Shown piece by piece: positions 10,781 through 23,800 of a stretch of DNA of 64,000 bases (positions are counted from its first letter, which is position 1; every line of letters starts with the position of its first letter). Source of the DNA: Ranitomeya imitator (Eukaryota). The position numbers were made by a program, and so were the translations under genes. The notes beneath the pieces are model-generated. The model was given only the letters and a program-made list of their open reading frames with translations, was not told the origin of the DNA and did not search any database. Where the stretch lies: assembly GCF_032444005.1 (NCBI RefSeq), contig NC_091288.1:212536001-212600000 (forward strand), given 5' to 3'.

Positions 10781-13700
10781 TATGGGGGTAATGATGGCAG
10801 GAGACGTTACTGAGGAGAGGTGTAATATGGGGGTAATGATGGCAGGAGACGTTACTGAGGAGGGGTGTAATATGGGGGTAATGATGGTAGGAGAGGTGTA
10901 ATATGGGGGTAATGATGGCAGGAGACGTTACTGAGGAGAGGTGTAATATGGGGGTAATGATGGCAGGAGATGTTACTGAGGAGGGTGTAATATGGGGGTA
11001 ATGATGGTAGGAGAGGTGTAATATGGGGGTAATGATGGCAGGAGACGTTACTGAGGAGAGGTGTAATATGGGGGTAATGATGGCAGGAGATGTTACTGAG
11101 GAGGGTGTAATATGGGGGTAATGATGGTAGGAGACGTTACTGAGGGTGTAACATGAGGGTGATGATGGTAGGAGACGTTACTGAAGGGAGGTGTAATATG
11201 GAGGTAATGATGGTAGGAGACGTTACTGAAGGGAGGTGTAATATGGGGGTAATGATGGTAGGAGAGGTGTAATATGGGGGTAATGATGGCAGGAGACGTT
11301 ACTGAGGAGAGGTGTAATATGGGGGTAATGATGGCAGGAGACGTTACTGAGGAGAGGTGTAATATGGGGGTAATGATGGTAGGAGACGTTACAGAGGAGG
11401 GGTGCAATATGGGGGTAATGATGGTAGGAGAGGTGTAATATGGGGGTTATGATGGTAGGAGAGGTGTAATATGGGGGTAGTGATGGTAGGAGAGGTGTAA
11501 TATGGAGGTAATGATGGTAGGAGGGGTGTAATATGGGGGTAATGATGGTAGGAGAGGTGTAATATGGGGGTAGTGATGGTAGACGTTACTGAGGAGGGTG
11601 TAATATGGAGGTGTAATATGGGGGTAATGATGGTAGGAGACGTTACTGAGGAGAGGTGTAATATGGGGGTAATGATGGTAGGAGACGATATTGAGGAGAG
11701 GTGTAATATGGGGGTAATGATGGTAGGAGACGTTACTGAGGAGAGGTGTAATATGGGGGTAATGATGGTAGGAGACGTTACTGAGGAGAGGTGTAATATG
11801 GGGGTAATGATGGTAGGAGACGTTACTGAGGGTGTAACATGAGGGTGATGATGGTAGGAGACGTTACTGAAGGGAGGTGTAATATGGGGGTAATGATGGT
11901 AGGAGACGTTACTGAGGAGAGGTGTAATATGGGGGTAATGATGGTAGGAGAGGTGTAATATGGGGGTAATGATGGTAGACGTTACTGAAGGGAGGTGTAA
12001 TATGGGGGTAATGATGGTAGGAGACGTTACTGAGGAGAGGTGTAATATGGGGGTAATGATGGTAGGAGAGGTGTAATATGGGGGTAATGATGGTAGGAGA
12101 CGTTACTGAGGAGAGGTGTAATATGGGGGTAATGATGGTAGGAGACGTTACTGAAGGGAGGTGTAATATGGGGGTAATGATGGTAGGAGACGTTACTGAG
12201 GAGAGGTGTAATATGGGGGTAATGATGGTAGGAGGGGTGTAATATGGGGGTAATGATGGTAGGAGGGGTGTAATACGGGGGTAATGATGGTAGGCGTTAC
12301 TGAGGAGGGTGTAATATGCGGGTAATGATGGTAGGAGGGGTGTAATACGGGGGTAATGATGGTAGGAGGGGTGTAATACGGGGGTAATGATGGTAGGAGA
12401 GGTGTAATACGGGGGTAATGATGGTAGGAGGGGTGTAATACGGGGGTAATGATGGTAGGAGAGGTGTAATACGGGGGTAATGATGGTAGGAGAGGTGTAA
12501 TACGGGGGTAATGATGGTAGGAGAGGTGTAATACGGGGGTAATGATGGTAGGAGAGGTGTAATACGGGGGTAATGATGGTAGGAGAGGTGTAATACGGGG
12601 GTAATGATGGTAGGAGAGGTGTAATACGGGGGTAATGATGGTAGGAGAGGTGTAATACGGGGGTAATGATGGTAGGAGAGGTGTAATACGGGGGTAATGA
12701 TGGTAGGAGAGGTGTAATACGGGGGTAATGATGGTAGGAGAGGTGTAATACGGGGGTAATGATGGTAGGAGAGGTGTAATACGGGGGTAATGATGGTAGG
12801 AGAGGTGTAATACGGGGGTAATGATGGTAGGAGAGGTGTAATACGGGGGTAATGATGGTAGGAGAGGTGTAATACGGGGGTAATGATGGTAGGAGAGGTG
12901 TAATACGGGGGTAATGATGGTAGGAGAGGTGTAATACGGGGGTAATGATGGTAGGAGAGGTGTAATACGGGGGTAATGATGGTAGGAGAGGTGTAATACG
13001 GGGGTAATGATGGTAGGAGAGGTGTAATACGGGGGTAATGATGGTAGGAGGGGTGTAATACGGGGGTAATGATGGTAGGAGAGGTGTAATACGGGGGTAA
13101 TGATGGTAGGAGAGGTGTAATACGGGGGTAATGATGGTAGGAGAGGTGTAATACGGGGGTAGTGATGGTAGGAGGGGTGTAATACGGGGGTAATGATGGT
13201 AGGAGAGGTGTAATACGGGGGTAATGATGGTAGGAGAGGTGTAATACGGGGGTAATGATGGTAGGAGAGGTGTAATACGGGGGTAATGATGGTAGGAGGG
13301 GTGTAATACGGGGGTAATGATGGTAGGAGGGGTGTAATACGGGGGTAATGATGGTAGGAGGGGTGCAATATGGGGGTAATGATGGTAGGAGGGGTGTAAT
13401 ATGGGGGTTATGATGATAGGAGGGGTGTAATATGGGGGTAATGATGATAGGAGGGGTGTAATATGGGGGTAATGATGGTAGGAGGGGTGTAATATGGGGG
13501 TAATGATGGTAGGAGGGGTGTAATATGGGGGTAATGATGGTAGGAGAGGTGTAATATGGGGGTAATGATGGTAGGAGGGGTGTAATATGCGGGTAATGAT
13601 GATAGGAGAGGTGTAATATGGGGGTAATGATGGTAGGAGGGGTGTAATACGGGGGTAATGATGGTAGGAGGGGTGTAATATGCGGGTAATGATGATAGGA

Positions 13701-14074
13701 GGGGTGTAATATGGGGGTAATGATGGTAGGAGGGGTGTAATATGGGGGTAATGATGGTAGGAGGGGTGTAATATGCGGGTAATGATGGTAGGAGGGGTGT
13801 AATATGGGGGTAATGATGGTAGGAGGGGTGTAATACGGGGGTAGTGATGGTAGGAGGGGTGTAATATGGGGGTAATGATGGTAGGAGGGGTGTAATATGG
13901 GGGTAATGATGATAGGAGAGGTGTAATATGGGGGTAATGATGGTAGGAGGGGTGTAATACGGGGGTAATGATGGTAGGAGGGGTGTAATATGCGGGTAAT
14001 GATGATAGGAGGGGTGTAATATGGGGGTAATGATGGTAGGAGGGGTGTAATACGGGGGTAGTGATGGTAGGAGG
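10781..14074. repeat. G-rich 31-bp minisatellite in UBN1 intron 1
   Basis: Unit GTAATA(C/T)GGGGGTAATGATGGTAGGAG(A/G)GGT; source of the 784-, 391- and 245-aa His/Pro/Tyr minus-strand ORFs. Confidence 0.93.
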
Positions 14075-14259
14075 GACAGGCAGGCGGTCGCCGGGGCAGC
14101 AGCTCCTCGGCCGGCGGACACTGCTCGCCCCCGGTAACTCCCCACCTGACCAGTCAGTCAGCCGCTCCCTCACCTTTCTTTCATACTCGCGGGCCACTCC
14201 ATTACCGGCAACATGAGGGGGCAGGAAGAGTCCACCAATGTCCGAACACCGGGGAGGAC

Positions 14260-14816
14260 CCAACTACCCGGAAGTGCGCTCCCGCTATAGGTCCCGCTTT
14301 CTGCCCTCGGACCGGTCGGTCCCCGGATAACTCACCGTGATGCTGTCAGGGTCCCCGGTGCCTGTCACGTGGTCCGGTGAAGAGGCAGAACATCTCTTTC
14401 CCCCCTCCCCTCTTACGTCACATGACTACACCATCCAGGACTACGACAAAAACAACAACAACCGCTGACAGCCGCACGCCGCCCCACGTGACCCAGCTCG
14501 ACCAATGAGCGCTCCGGCGGATCACGTGCCCGCGCTTTTGTTCTCTGCCAGGATGTTGCAGCCAGTGAGTTGTCTTCCCGCCTTTTCCTATTGGTGGAGT
14601 GCGCGGCGCGGAGGAAGCCGCGGATTGGTTGTCTTCCTGTACGTGAGCGGCCTCGTGTGACGAGTGTGGGGGGCGGGTCGCTGCGTGCGTGGGGTGCGAG
14701 CACGGCGGGCGGGGGTGTTTCCTGTGTTCCCGGCATCCTCTGCGCGGTCAGTGTTCCTTCCTTTCCCCACATCCTCCGCCTTCTCCCCGCTCTGCCAGTG
14801 TCGGTAAGATGGCGGC
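14260..14816. promoter_or_regulatory. Bidirectional CpG-island promoter shared by UBN1 and GLYR1
   Basis: CpG-rich unique stretch with CCAAT/ATTGG boxes (14502, about 14590 and 14624), a GC box near 14670, CACGTG E-boxes, an ETS-like CCGGAAGT near 14268 and a YY1-like AAGATGGCGGC over the GLYR1 ATG. A minus-strand donor CACG|GTGAGT (exon ends at 14336) fits a non-coding UBN1 exon 1. Confidence 0.75.
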
Positions 14817-17800
14817 GACCGTGAGTCTGCGACAAGGAGACCTGGTGTGGTGAGTGCAGGGCGGCGGTGCAGGCGGGCGGGGACCCCGGGCGGGCGGTCA
14901 CTGGAGAGGGGCAGGACACAGCGCAGAGGCCGCAGTGTGGGGTCCGCCGGACGGCCGTGCTGAGCATGAGCGCTGGGCATGAGCACGATCACAGCCGATC
15001 TGGTGTGCGGGAGAGGGAGGATCCAGGCAGGGGATCTGGTGTGAGGGAGAGGAAGGATCCAGGCAGGGGATCTGGTGTGAGGAAGGATCCAGGCGGGGGA
15101 TCTGGTGTGCGGGAGAGGGAGGATCCAGGCGGGGGATCTGGTGTGCGGGAGAGGAAGGATCCAGGCAGGGGATCTGGTGTGAGGAAGGATCCAGGCGGGG
15201 GATCTGGTGTGCGGGAGAGGAAGGATCCAGGCAGGGGATCTGGTGTGAGGAAGGATCCAGGCGGGGGATCTGGTGTGAGGAAGGATCGAGGCGGGGGATC
15301 TGGTGTGAGGAAGGATCCAGGCAGGGGATCTGGTGTGAGGGAGAGGAAGGATCCAGGCAGGGGATCTGGTGTGAGGGAGAGGAAGGATTCAGGCAGGGGA
15401 TCTAGTGTGAGGGAGAGGAAGGATCCAGGCAGGGGATCTGGTGTGAGGGAGAGGAAGGATTCAGGCAGGGGATCTAGTGTGAGGGAGAGGAAGGATCCAG
15501 GCAGGGGATCTGGTGTGAGAGAGAGGAAGGATCCAGGCAGGGGATCTGGTGTGAGGGAGAGGAAGGATCAAGGCAGGGGATCTGGTGTGAGGGAGAGGAA
15601 GGATCCAGGCAGGGGATCTGGTGTGAGGGAGAGGAAGGATCCAGGCAGGGGATCTGGTGTGAGGGAGAGGAAGGATCCAGGCAGGGGATCTGGTGTGAGG
15701 GACAGGCAGGATCCAGGTGGGGGATGTGGTGAGGGGAAGGATCCAGGCGGGGATGTGGTGTGAGGGAGAGGCAGGATCCAGGCGGGGATGTGGTATGAAG
15801 GAGAGGCAGGATCCAGGCGGGGGATCTGGTGTGAAGGAGAGGCAGGATCCAGGCGGGGGATGTGGTGTGAAGGAGAGGCAGGATCCAGGCGGGGGATCTG
15901 GTGTGAAGGAGAGGCAGGATCCAGGCGGGGGATGTGGTGTGAAGGAGAGGCAGGATCCAGGCGGGGGATGTGGTATGAAGGAGAGGCAGGATCCAGGCGG
16001 AGGATCTGGTGTGAAGGAGAGGCAGGATCCAGGCGGGGGATGTGGTGTGAAGGAGAGGCAGGATCCAGGCGGGGGATGTGGTGTGAAGGAGAGGCAGGAT
16101 CCAGGCGGGGGATCTGGTGTGAAGGAGAGGCAGGATCCAGGCGGAGGATCTGGTGTGAGGGAGAGGCAGGATATAGGCGGGGGATCTGGTGTGAGGGAGA
16201 TGGAGGATCAGAGAATCATTTAGAGGTCTAGGGTCACAATTCGGTTGGGGGATCCCATGTGGGAGTTCCGCCCAGGATTGCATCGTAAGATGCTGTCTGG
16301 GGATCTAGTGTCAGGGACGAGTTGTGTTAAAGGTTTTTGGTTTAGAACAAGAAATTGAATCTGGAAGGATCTTGTCTGAAGTGATGTGAAAGGTTTTTCA
16401 ATCCAGCAAAGCGAATTAAAAGCAAAAATTCTTCATTGAGACTTCGTTAATATCGTGGCGCGGGCAGAGAAAATACCTGACGTGTTTGGAGCCTGGCCGA
16501 CTCTTAATCGTAGATAAAGTGATCTAGTCAGGGGATCCAGTATTGGGGATTAGTGATGAATTGTATGTGGATATGATCTATATTGTGTGGAGAAATCTAT
16601 TGGGGATCCAGGAAGGATTTTGTCAGCTCTTTGTATTAAGGGATCTGGTGTTTAATAGATCATTGTATTAGGGAATCTGGAAAGGATCCCGTCACTGGAT
16701 CTAACACAGGAGACGTATTTGTGGCCTAGATATGAATTTCTTAATTTTCTGCTATTTTGTCTGTGTTCCGGATTCTTACCTCCATCTTTCTTCTTTTTAG
16801 GGGTAAACTGGGTCGTTACCCTCCGTGGCCCGGAAAGGTGAGTGTGTGCTGACGGATCACATGGGATCTCATTATCCATATGTATTTATGTAATGTACGT
16901 GTTGGCGGCCCCATGTAGCCACACAGCGGGGGAGCGGACTGCAGCGGGCATCCAGCTGGACAGGACTTGTTACCGGCAGGAGATTGTGGTCGATCAGAGG
17001 CGGTTTCCTGCTCTCACCTGTCTACCTTGCTTATAGGATTAGAGACCCCTTTATTTAAGCCTGTAATGTACCGGGGTCCGCCGTCCTCACCTTTCATTCT
17101 TATTATCCGCAGATCGTCAATCCACCAAAAGATTTAAAAAAGCCACGAGGCAAAAAATGTCTGTTCGTGAAATTTTTTGGAACTGAAGATCAGTAAGTAT
17201 CACCAAGACATGTCACAGGGGCTCGTCCTGATTGGGTGTCAGTGATCACATGATGCTCCCAAAATGGGGTCATTGTCTGATTATAGTTTCATAAAAGGTT
17301 TGAAGGGAGTTGTGTAATGTGCTCAAGTACCAGCAGAATAGTGAGTGCAGCTCTGGGGTATAATACAGGATGTAACTCAGGATCAGTAATGTAATGTATG
17401 TACACAGTGACTGCACCAGCAGAATAGTGAGTGCAGCTCTGGAGTATAATACAGGAGGTAACTCAGGATCAGTAATGTATGTACACAGTGACTGCACCAG
17501 CAGAATAGTGAGTGCAGCTCTGGAGTATAATACGGGATGTAACTCAGGATCAGTAATTTAATGTATGTACACAGTGACTGCACCAGCAGAATAGTGAGTG
17601 CAGCTCTGGAGTATAATACAGGATGTAACTCAGGATCAGTAATGTAATGTATGTACACAGTGACTGCACCAGCAGAATAGTGAGTGCAGCTCTGGGGTAT
17701 AATACAGGATGTAACTCAGGATCAGTAATGTAATGTATGTACACAGTGACTGCACCAGCAGAATAGTGAGTGCAGCTCTGGAGTATAATACAGGATATAA

Positions 17801-20800
17801 CTCAGGATCAGTACTGTAATGTATGTACACAGTGACTGCACCAGCAGAATAGTGAGTGCAGCTCTGGGGTATAATACAGGATGTAACTCAGGATCAGTAA
17901 TGTAATGTATGTACACAGTGACTGCACCAGCAGGATAGTGAGTGCAGCTCTGGATTATAATACAGCATGTAACTCAGGATCAGTAATGTAATGTATGTAC
18001 ACAGTGACTGCACCAGCAGAATAGTGAGTGCAGCTCTGGGGTATAATACAAAATGTAACTCAGAATCAGTAATGTAATGTATGTACACAGTGACTGCACC
18101 AGCAGAATAGTGAGTGCAGCTCTGGAGTATAATACAGGATGTAACTCAGGATCAGTAATGTAATGTATGTACACAGTGACTGCACCAGCAGAACAGTGAG
18201 TGCAGCTCTGGGGTATAATACAGGATGTAACTCAGGATCAGTAATGTAATGTATGTAGACAGTGACTGCACCAGCAGAATAGTGAGTGCAGCTCTGGGGT
18301 ATAATACAGGATGTAACTCAGGATCAGTAATGTAATGTATGTACACAGTGACTGCACCAGCAGAATAGTGAGTGCAGCTCTGGAGTATAATACAGGATGT
18401 AACTCAGGATCAGTAATGTAATGTATGTAGACAGTGACTGCACCAGCAGAATAGTGAGTGCAGCTCTGGGGTATAATACAGGATGTAACTCAGGATCAGT
18501 AATGTAATGTATGTACACAGTGACTGCACCAGCAGAACAGTGAGTGCAGCTCTGGGGTATAATACAGGATGTAACTCAGGATCAGTAATGTATGTAGACA
18601 GTGACTGCACCAGCAGAATAGTGAGTGCAGCTCTGGGGTATAATACAGGATGTAACTCAGGATCAGTAATGTAATGTATGTAGACAGTGACTGCACCAGC
18701 AGAATAGTGAGTGCAGCTCTGGGGTATAATACAGGATGTAACTCAGGATCAGTAATGTAATGTATGTAGACAGTGACTGCACCAGCGGAATAGTGAGTGC
18801 AGCTCTGGGGTATAATACAGGAGGTAACTCAGGATCAGTAATGTATGTAGACAGTGACTGCACCAGCAGAATAGTGAGTGCAGCTCTGGGGTATAATACA
18901 GGATCAGTAATGTATGTGTGGAGTTTTGGGTCCATTATCGGCATCTCTTGGCTTACACTGTGTTTTCTCTCAGCGCCTGGATTAAGGTGGAGCAGCTGAA
19001 GCCTTACAACCCCCACAAGGAGGAGATGATCAAAGCCAACAAAGGCAAACGCTTCCAGCAAGCAGTGGACGCAGTGGAGGAGTTCATAAAGAAAGTGAAG
19101 GCGAGACAAGAACAGGTTAGTGATAACAGATTTTCTTTCTTCCTTTCACCAGTGTAATGGACGTCCCCGCACCTAGCGGTCCGGAGGTTTATTTACTGCC
19201 TTCCTTTTGGAGGACAATGGCTCCGGATGGACGAGCTGCTGTGAATGGTCACTAGGACACACGTGCAGCCTCTGTGTTCCCTTCCATGGGGATGACGCCT
19301 CATCTCTTGTGGTTCTACCTGTAGATTTGCTGTATTTCCGCTGTCCTCGCCGTGTTCTGGAGCATTTGCTATCCTCTCAGATTGGAGGGTTTATACTTTT
19401 TTGGGTGTGAGGGGGCATGCTGGACTAAAATGAAGTAAGGTGCAGTTTGCCTTCATGTTCACCCCGTGTGTTTGCACTTTGCTCCTCGTGTATCTGCACA
19501 TAACGCCGCCGCCGTCAGATCTAGAGCGGCTGTTTCATTCCTCCTTCACGACTCGGCCATTGGGAGCTGTTGTGTCACCTCGGTAGCTGCCATCTTACCG
19601 CTCCTTTTATATTTTACAGAGGTATAAAAAGAAATCCCCACCCCCTAAAAATAAAGAAATAAAAATATCATATGTGGTATCAACTCCTCTGTATAAGTCC
19701 AATCCGAATATACAATTAACCCATAAAGAGAAGGGCGATCGAAACGGCAGAATTGAATTTTCTGAGAAAATGACAATTCCAACGAAAGAGATATATATAA
19801 TTTATTTTATTTTATTTTTTTTACTTTTTTTAATTTCTTTTCATCATTTAAGAATAAACTACACAAGTTGTACACATCCCAATAAACAAAAGCAGAATTG
19901 TCTTTTTTTTTCTTTTTTCCTCCCATTTTTTATTTTAGTACATTTTATGGTTAAGTGAATGCTGTCATTCAAAACTAAAGTTCGTCCTTTAGAAAACAAT
20001 CCTCATATGCGTTTATCAATGGAAAGATTTACAAAAAAAAAAAAAGTTATGGGAGGAAAAAATAAATTTAAGGGAAGAAGGAACAATTCCCCTCTCGGGA
20101 AGGCGTTAATGTGACCTGATCCGATCAGTCACTACTTTCGTTTTTTTGTTTCCCCAGAACGCGAGTGATGACAAAGGCAAACAGAGCGGTGGCAAGAAAG
20201 CGGAGGGCAAAGGTAAGAAGCCGGCCGGAGAAAAGAAGAAGAAAAAGTCGTCCGATTCCGGCTCCAGCAAACCTTCAAAGAGATCCCACGAGCAGAGCCC
20301 ACGGAAACGCGGAAGACCACCCAAGGAAGACAAGGTGGGTAACGCGCGCAACTCGGCTGACGCCGTCGACGCCCCAGGTCGCTCGCTGCCCTAGTGGTAG
20401 TGATGAGAGATGCGTTTTTGTGATGAACTGTTGGGGAAGGCGGCAGTTTTGGCTCTTCTCCTATTTTTCTGCTTTTTGTTTTTTTTTAGGACTCCAGATC
20501 CCCGCAGCCGAGCTCGCTGAAGAAGCTGGCGATGAAGACGGTGTCTCGATTCAGTTGGCCTCCACCCACGAGCGAGGTAAGGATAGATCAGCGGCACCTC
20601 CGCTCCTGTGCATCACTGCAGGGGGCACGCGCTCATCTGGCCGCTGTCGTTCCTGTGTGTCCACTGCAGACACCACACGGGGGCTTCAGTATTACCAGAC
20701 TTCTTGTATTATAAAGGATATGATGGAACCGGTAACTATAGATATTGGAGACCACTATTAGAGTCCAAGTAACCCCCGTAGATGAGCACTGACAGACAGG

Positions 20801-23800
20801 CGTGGGTCTTCATGGCAGCCAGGGGTCCAATGGAAGCTACCCAGGCCTGATGGTGCAATACAGAAGTGGCTTCTGTTCATTGTACCAGCGGTTGAATGAT
20901 TAATAGTGTTCATCAGTTCTAGGGACACAAAAAAAACCACAAAATTAAAAATGTTTATTCCATACAATCTAACCAATTAATTTGGTATTTCCATTTCTGC
21001 AACGATCCAAAATGACTGTTACAGAAAAATAGATGCCAAATTAATGCCAGAGGTACGGATAAAAAAAAATTAAATAAGTAAATATGGTGGTGGGACACCA
21101 CGAGGGGGCGCTATTGTCGTTTTTCTCCCTCTCTGACTTTGGTGCTGGGCTTTGTCCTTGTCTATGACTGAGCCCATAGCAGGCGATAAGACCGTCTTTT
21201 GTAAGTACTGGTCTTGGGGGAACTATCACTCCCAGCAGTTTGCAGAGCAGCGGTAACGCCGGCCTCGGGTGTTGAGGGAAGCTGCTCAGTTTCTCTCTCT
21301 GTTCGGTTGCAGCGTACCTCGGACGACCCGCACTTCAGCCACTACCTGCTCAGCCGGACCGAGAAGGTAGGCCGCACCCAGCGTGCGAGAGCAGCACCGG
21401 AGGATGATCCCGCGGGACGGGACGCAAAGTTTCCTCAGTTTTTACTGCTCACGTTCTCCGCAGCGACGTTACGGGGCGGCCGTCTGTCCAGTGAGGGCTA
21501 ATACAGGGGCCTGACGTCCTGCTACGGTCTCGTAGAAAGGGTGGTCCGAAACGGCCTGACTCTGTAAGACCAGGCAATAATGTCAGACGATTGTCCTGGG
21601 ATTCGAAATGGGCGCCAAAAGTGTGCGACAAATAAAAGGGGGTGGGGAGTAAGCTGCTGATTGTGATCTGTAACTATGGCGATGCATAGATCTAGATAGG
21701 AGCTGCGTGCAGAAAACGGCAGACAGTTTATATAATCGCTGGTTTTGCTGTGTTGGTGCAAATGATCTGAACGTGTCTCGTTTCTGGCCACAGGAGGACA
21801 CCGCGGGCGACAGCTGGCTGCTACACCGGCACAGGACGCTCGGCACGGAGATGGTGCTGAAAAAGGTACGAGAGATGAAAAGCGGCCGGTTGGGCTGCTC
21901 ACCGCAAAAAATAGCCGTAAATGTAGAATGGATGCCCCCTCAGAAGGGAATACCCCTTTTTCATTAGGTTGCTCATTGCGAGGGTCTCCCACCTCTGGGG
22001 GTTACATGTGTTGCTTGATTTTCATTCTTTCCGTCTGTCCCCAGCCCAGCGTCACATACCAGGCCATCAGCAAGCGGCTCAAAGTGTCCGAGGAGGTGAG
22101 GACTGTCCCCCCGTCTCGTCCGGTCGTCTGGTCCCTACGTCTCCCACCGCTGACCTCACTCCCGTTTTTCTGTCCATAGGACACCGGATCAACGTCCATC
22201 CAGGCAGCCGACAGCACGGCCCTCAACGGCAACATCACCCCCACCGACAAGAAGTATGGCCGCTGCTTCCTATGCATTGTTTACTTAGTTGTTTTTTGTT
22301 TTCCCGGCTCTTTTTATAACCTCTGCTTGCTGTCAATGAGTGGGAACATACCTGCCCCAAAACTTGCTAAATCTCTTTGCGGTTGGTTACGTTGCTCACA
22401 GTTTAGGCTCTGGCCTTTCTCCAGTCCGGACCCGTCGCAGGGCGAGAGAGTATGGCGCAGCTGATGGGGAACCCCTGTAACAAACCCTCAGCTGTGAGCA
22501 GCGTTACATCTTCGCAGCCTCTGAATATAGAGGAGAACATTTCAATTCACTGACAGGGAGCAATTAAAGGCTCAAAATGGCATTATAAACTCTCCCTGCT
22601 CGCATCGTGTGACACCCCCTATACCATGATATTGTGCGGGCGCTGGCAGCAGGACAGTCACAATGTGTAACCCGCTCTGTGCCACTGTCACCGTCTGTGT
22701 GAATCCGGCCGCACCCGTCTTCTGACCCGTTTTCTCTCTTCTTTTTAGGATCGGATTTCTCGGGTTGGGCTTGATGGGCAGCGGCATAGTATCCAACCTG
22801 CTGAAGATGGGGCACACGGTCACCGTATGGAACCGGACCGCAGAGAAGGTAACGGCCGCCCCGGGATCGCGCATTGCATCCCGTTACACCGATGCGGCGT
22901 CTGCACTTGTTGAGGGTTGTAGTACTCCACCGCGGCGGGGGGGTGAGGGGGCGCGTTATCGGTGGCACTGCACAGTCACGTGTGATCTCATACTTCATTG
23001 GAATCACTGCAGCGCCCCCTGTGTTCAGAGCGGTCAGGGCTGAGCGGTGGCTTCCTCGTCTGTTAATGACGGCCCTGAGACTATCCATCTCCGTTATATC
23101 TCTAAACTAGAACACGCCTGGAGGAATTCACAGTGAAGTGTGGGATCAAGACGAGGACACCAAGGTAAAGACGCTGTTTCATCTCCCTGCCGCCATCCTC
23201 TGCCAAGGTCGTCGGCCAGTTTTAGTATTTGTCGATTACTGAGAAAGATGGGTAGCCGCCAATATGGCCCCACGACTGCTCCCACAGCCCTCGGCTTTCC
23301 TAGTCCCAGCGTATCGGTGCCATGTGCGCACGGGTTATTGCTGGCTTCAGAATGAGTTAACTGAGGATCCATCAGTGAGATCCTCGTGGCCGACTGTGAT
23401 TTACACTTGCGTTGTAGAGAGGCGGATGGGAAGCCGGCTGTACTGCGCCGCTCCTGAGCTCGCCCCATACTCCCTACACGCGCCTTGTGATGAAAATGGT
23501 CGACGCTGGATATTAATGAGTTAAAAAAATATATAGAAAAGTTCAGTATCTTTAAAGACTTGATGTAGAAGCAGTAAAATAATAATCGTATTTGTCGTCC
23601 AATCCGTAAAGTCCGATCTAAAAAATTCTACTGTTGAAAAATGGAAACTTCAGAATCTTCATTTTTCAGCCGCTGTTTTTCCTCCCTTAAATAATGCGCC
23701 GTATGTTCCCAAAAATGGGTAAAAACTGCAGAAACATGGGAAGGGGCGAAAGCATCAATAACCCTGACGTCAGCGGCTGATAATCCTGCCGGAGCGATGT

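Noticed and set aside
11909-14263. 784-aa His/Pro/Tyr-rich ORF (extensin-like look)
   Set aside because: It is a translation of the 31-bp minisatellite, which lacks stops on that strand, and it lies in UBN1 intron 1.
19420-21200. Possible additional decayed DNA-transposon fragments in GLYR1 introns 4 and 6
   Set aside because: The sequence looks repeat-like, but I could not identify paired TIRs or TSDs.
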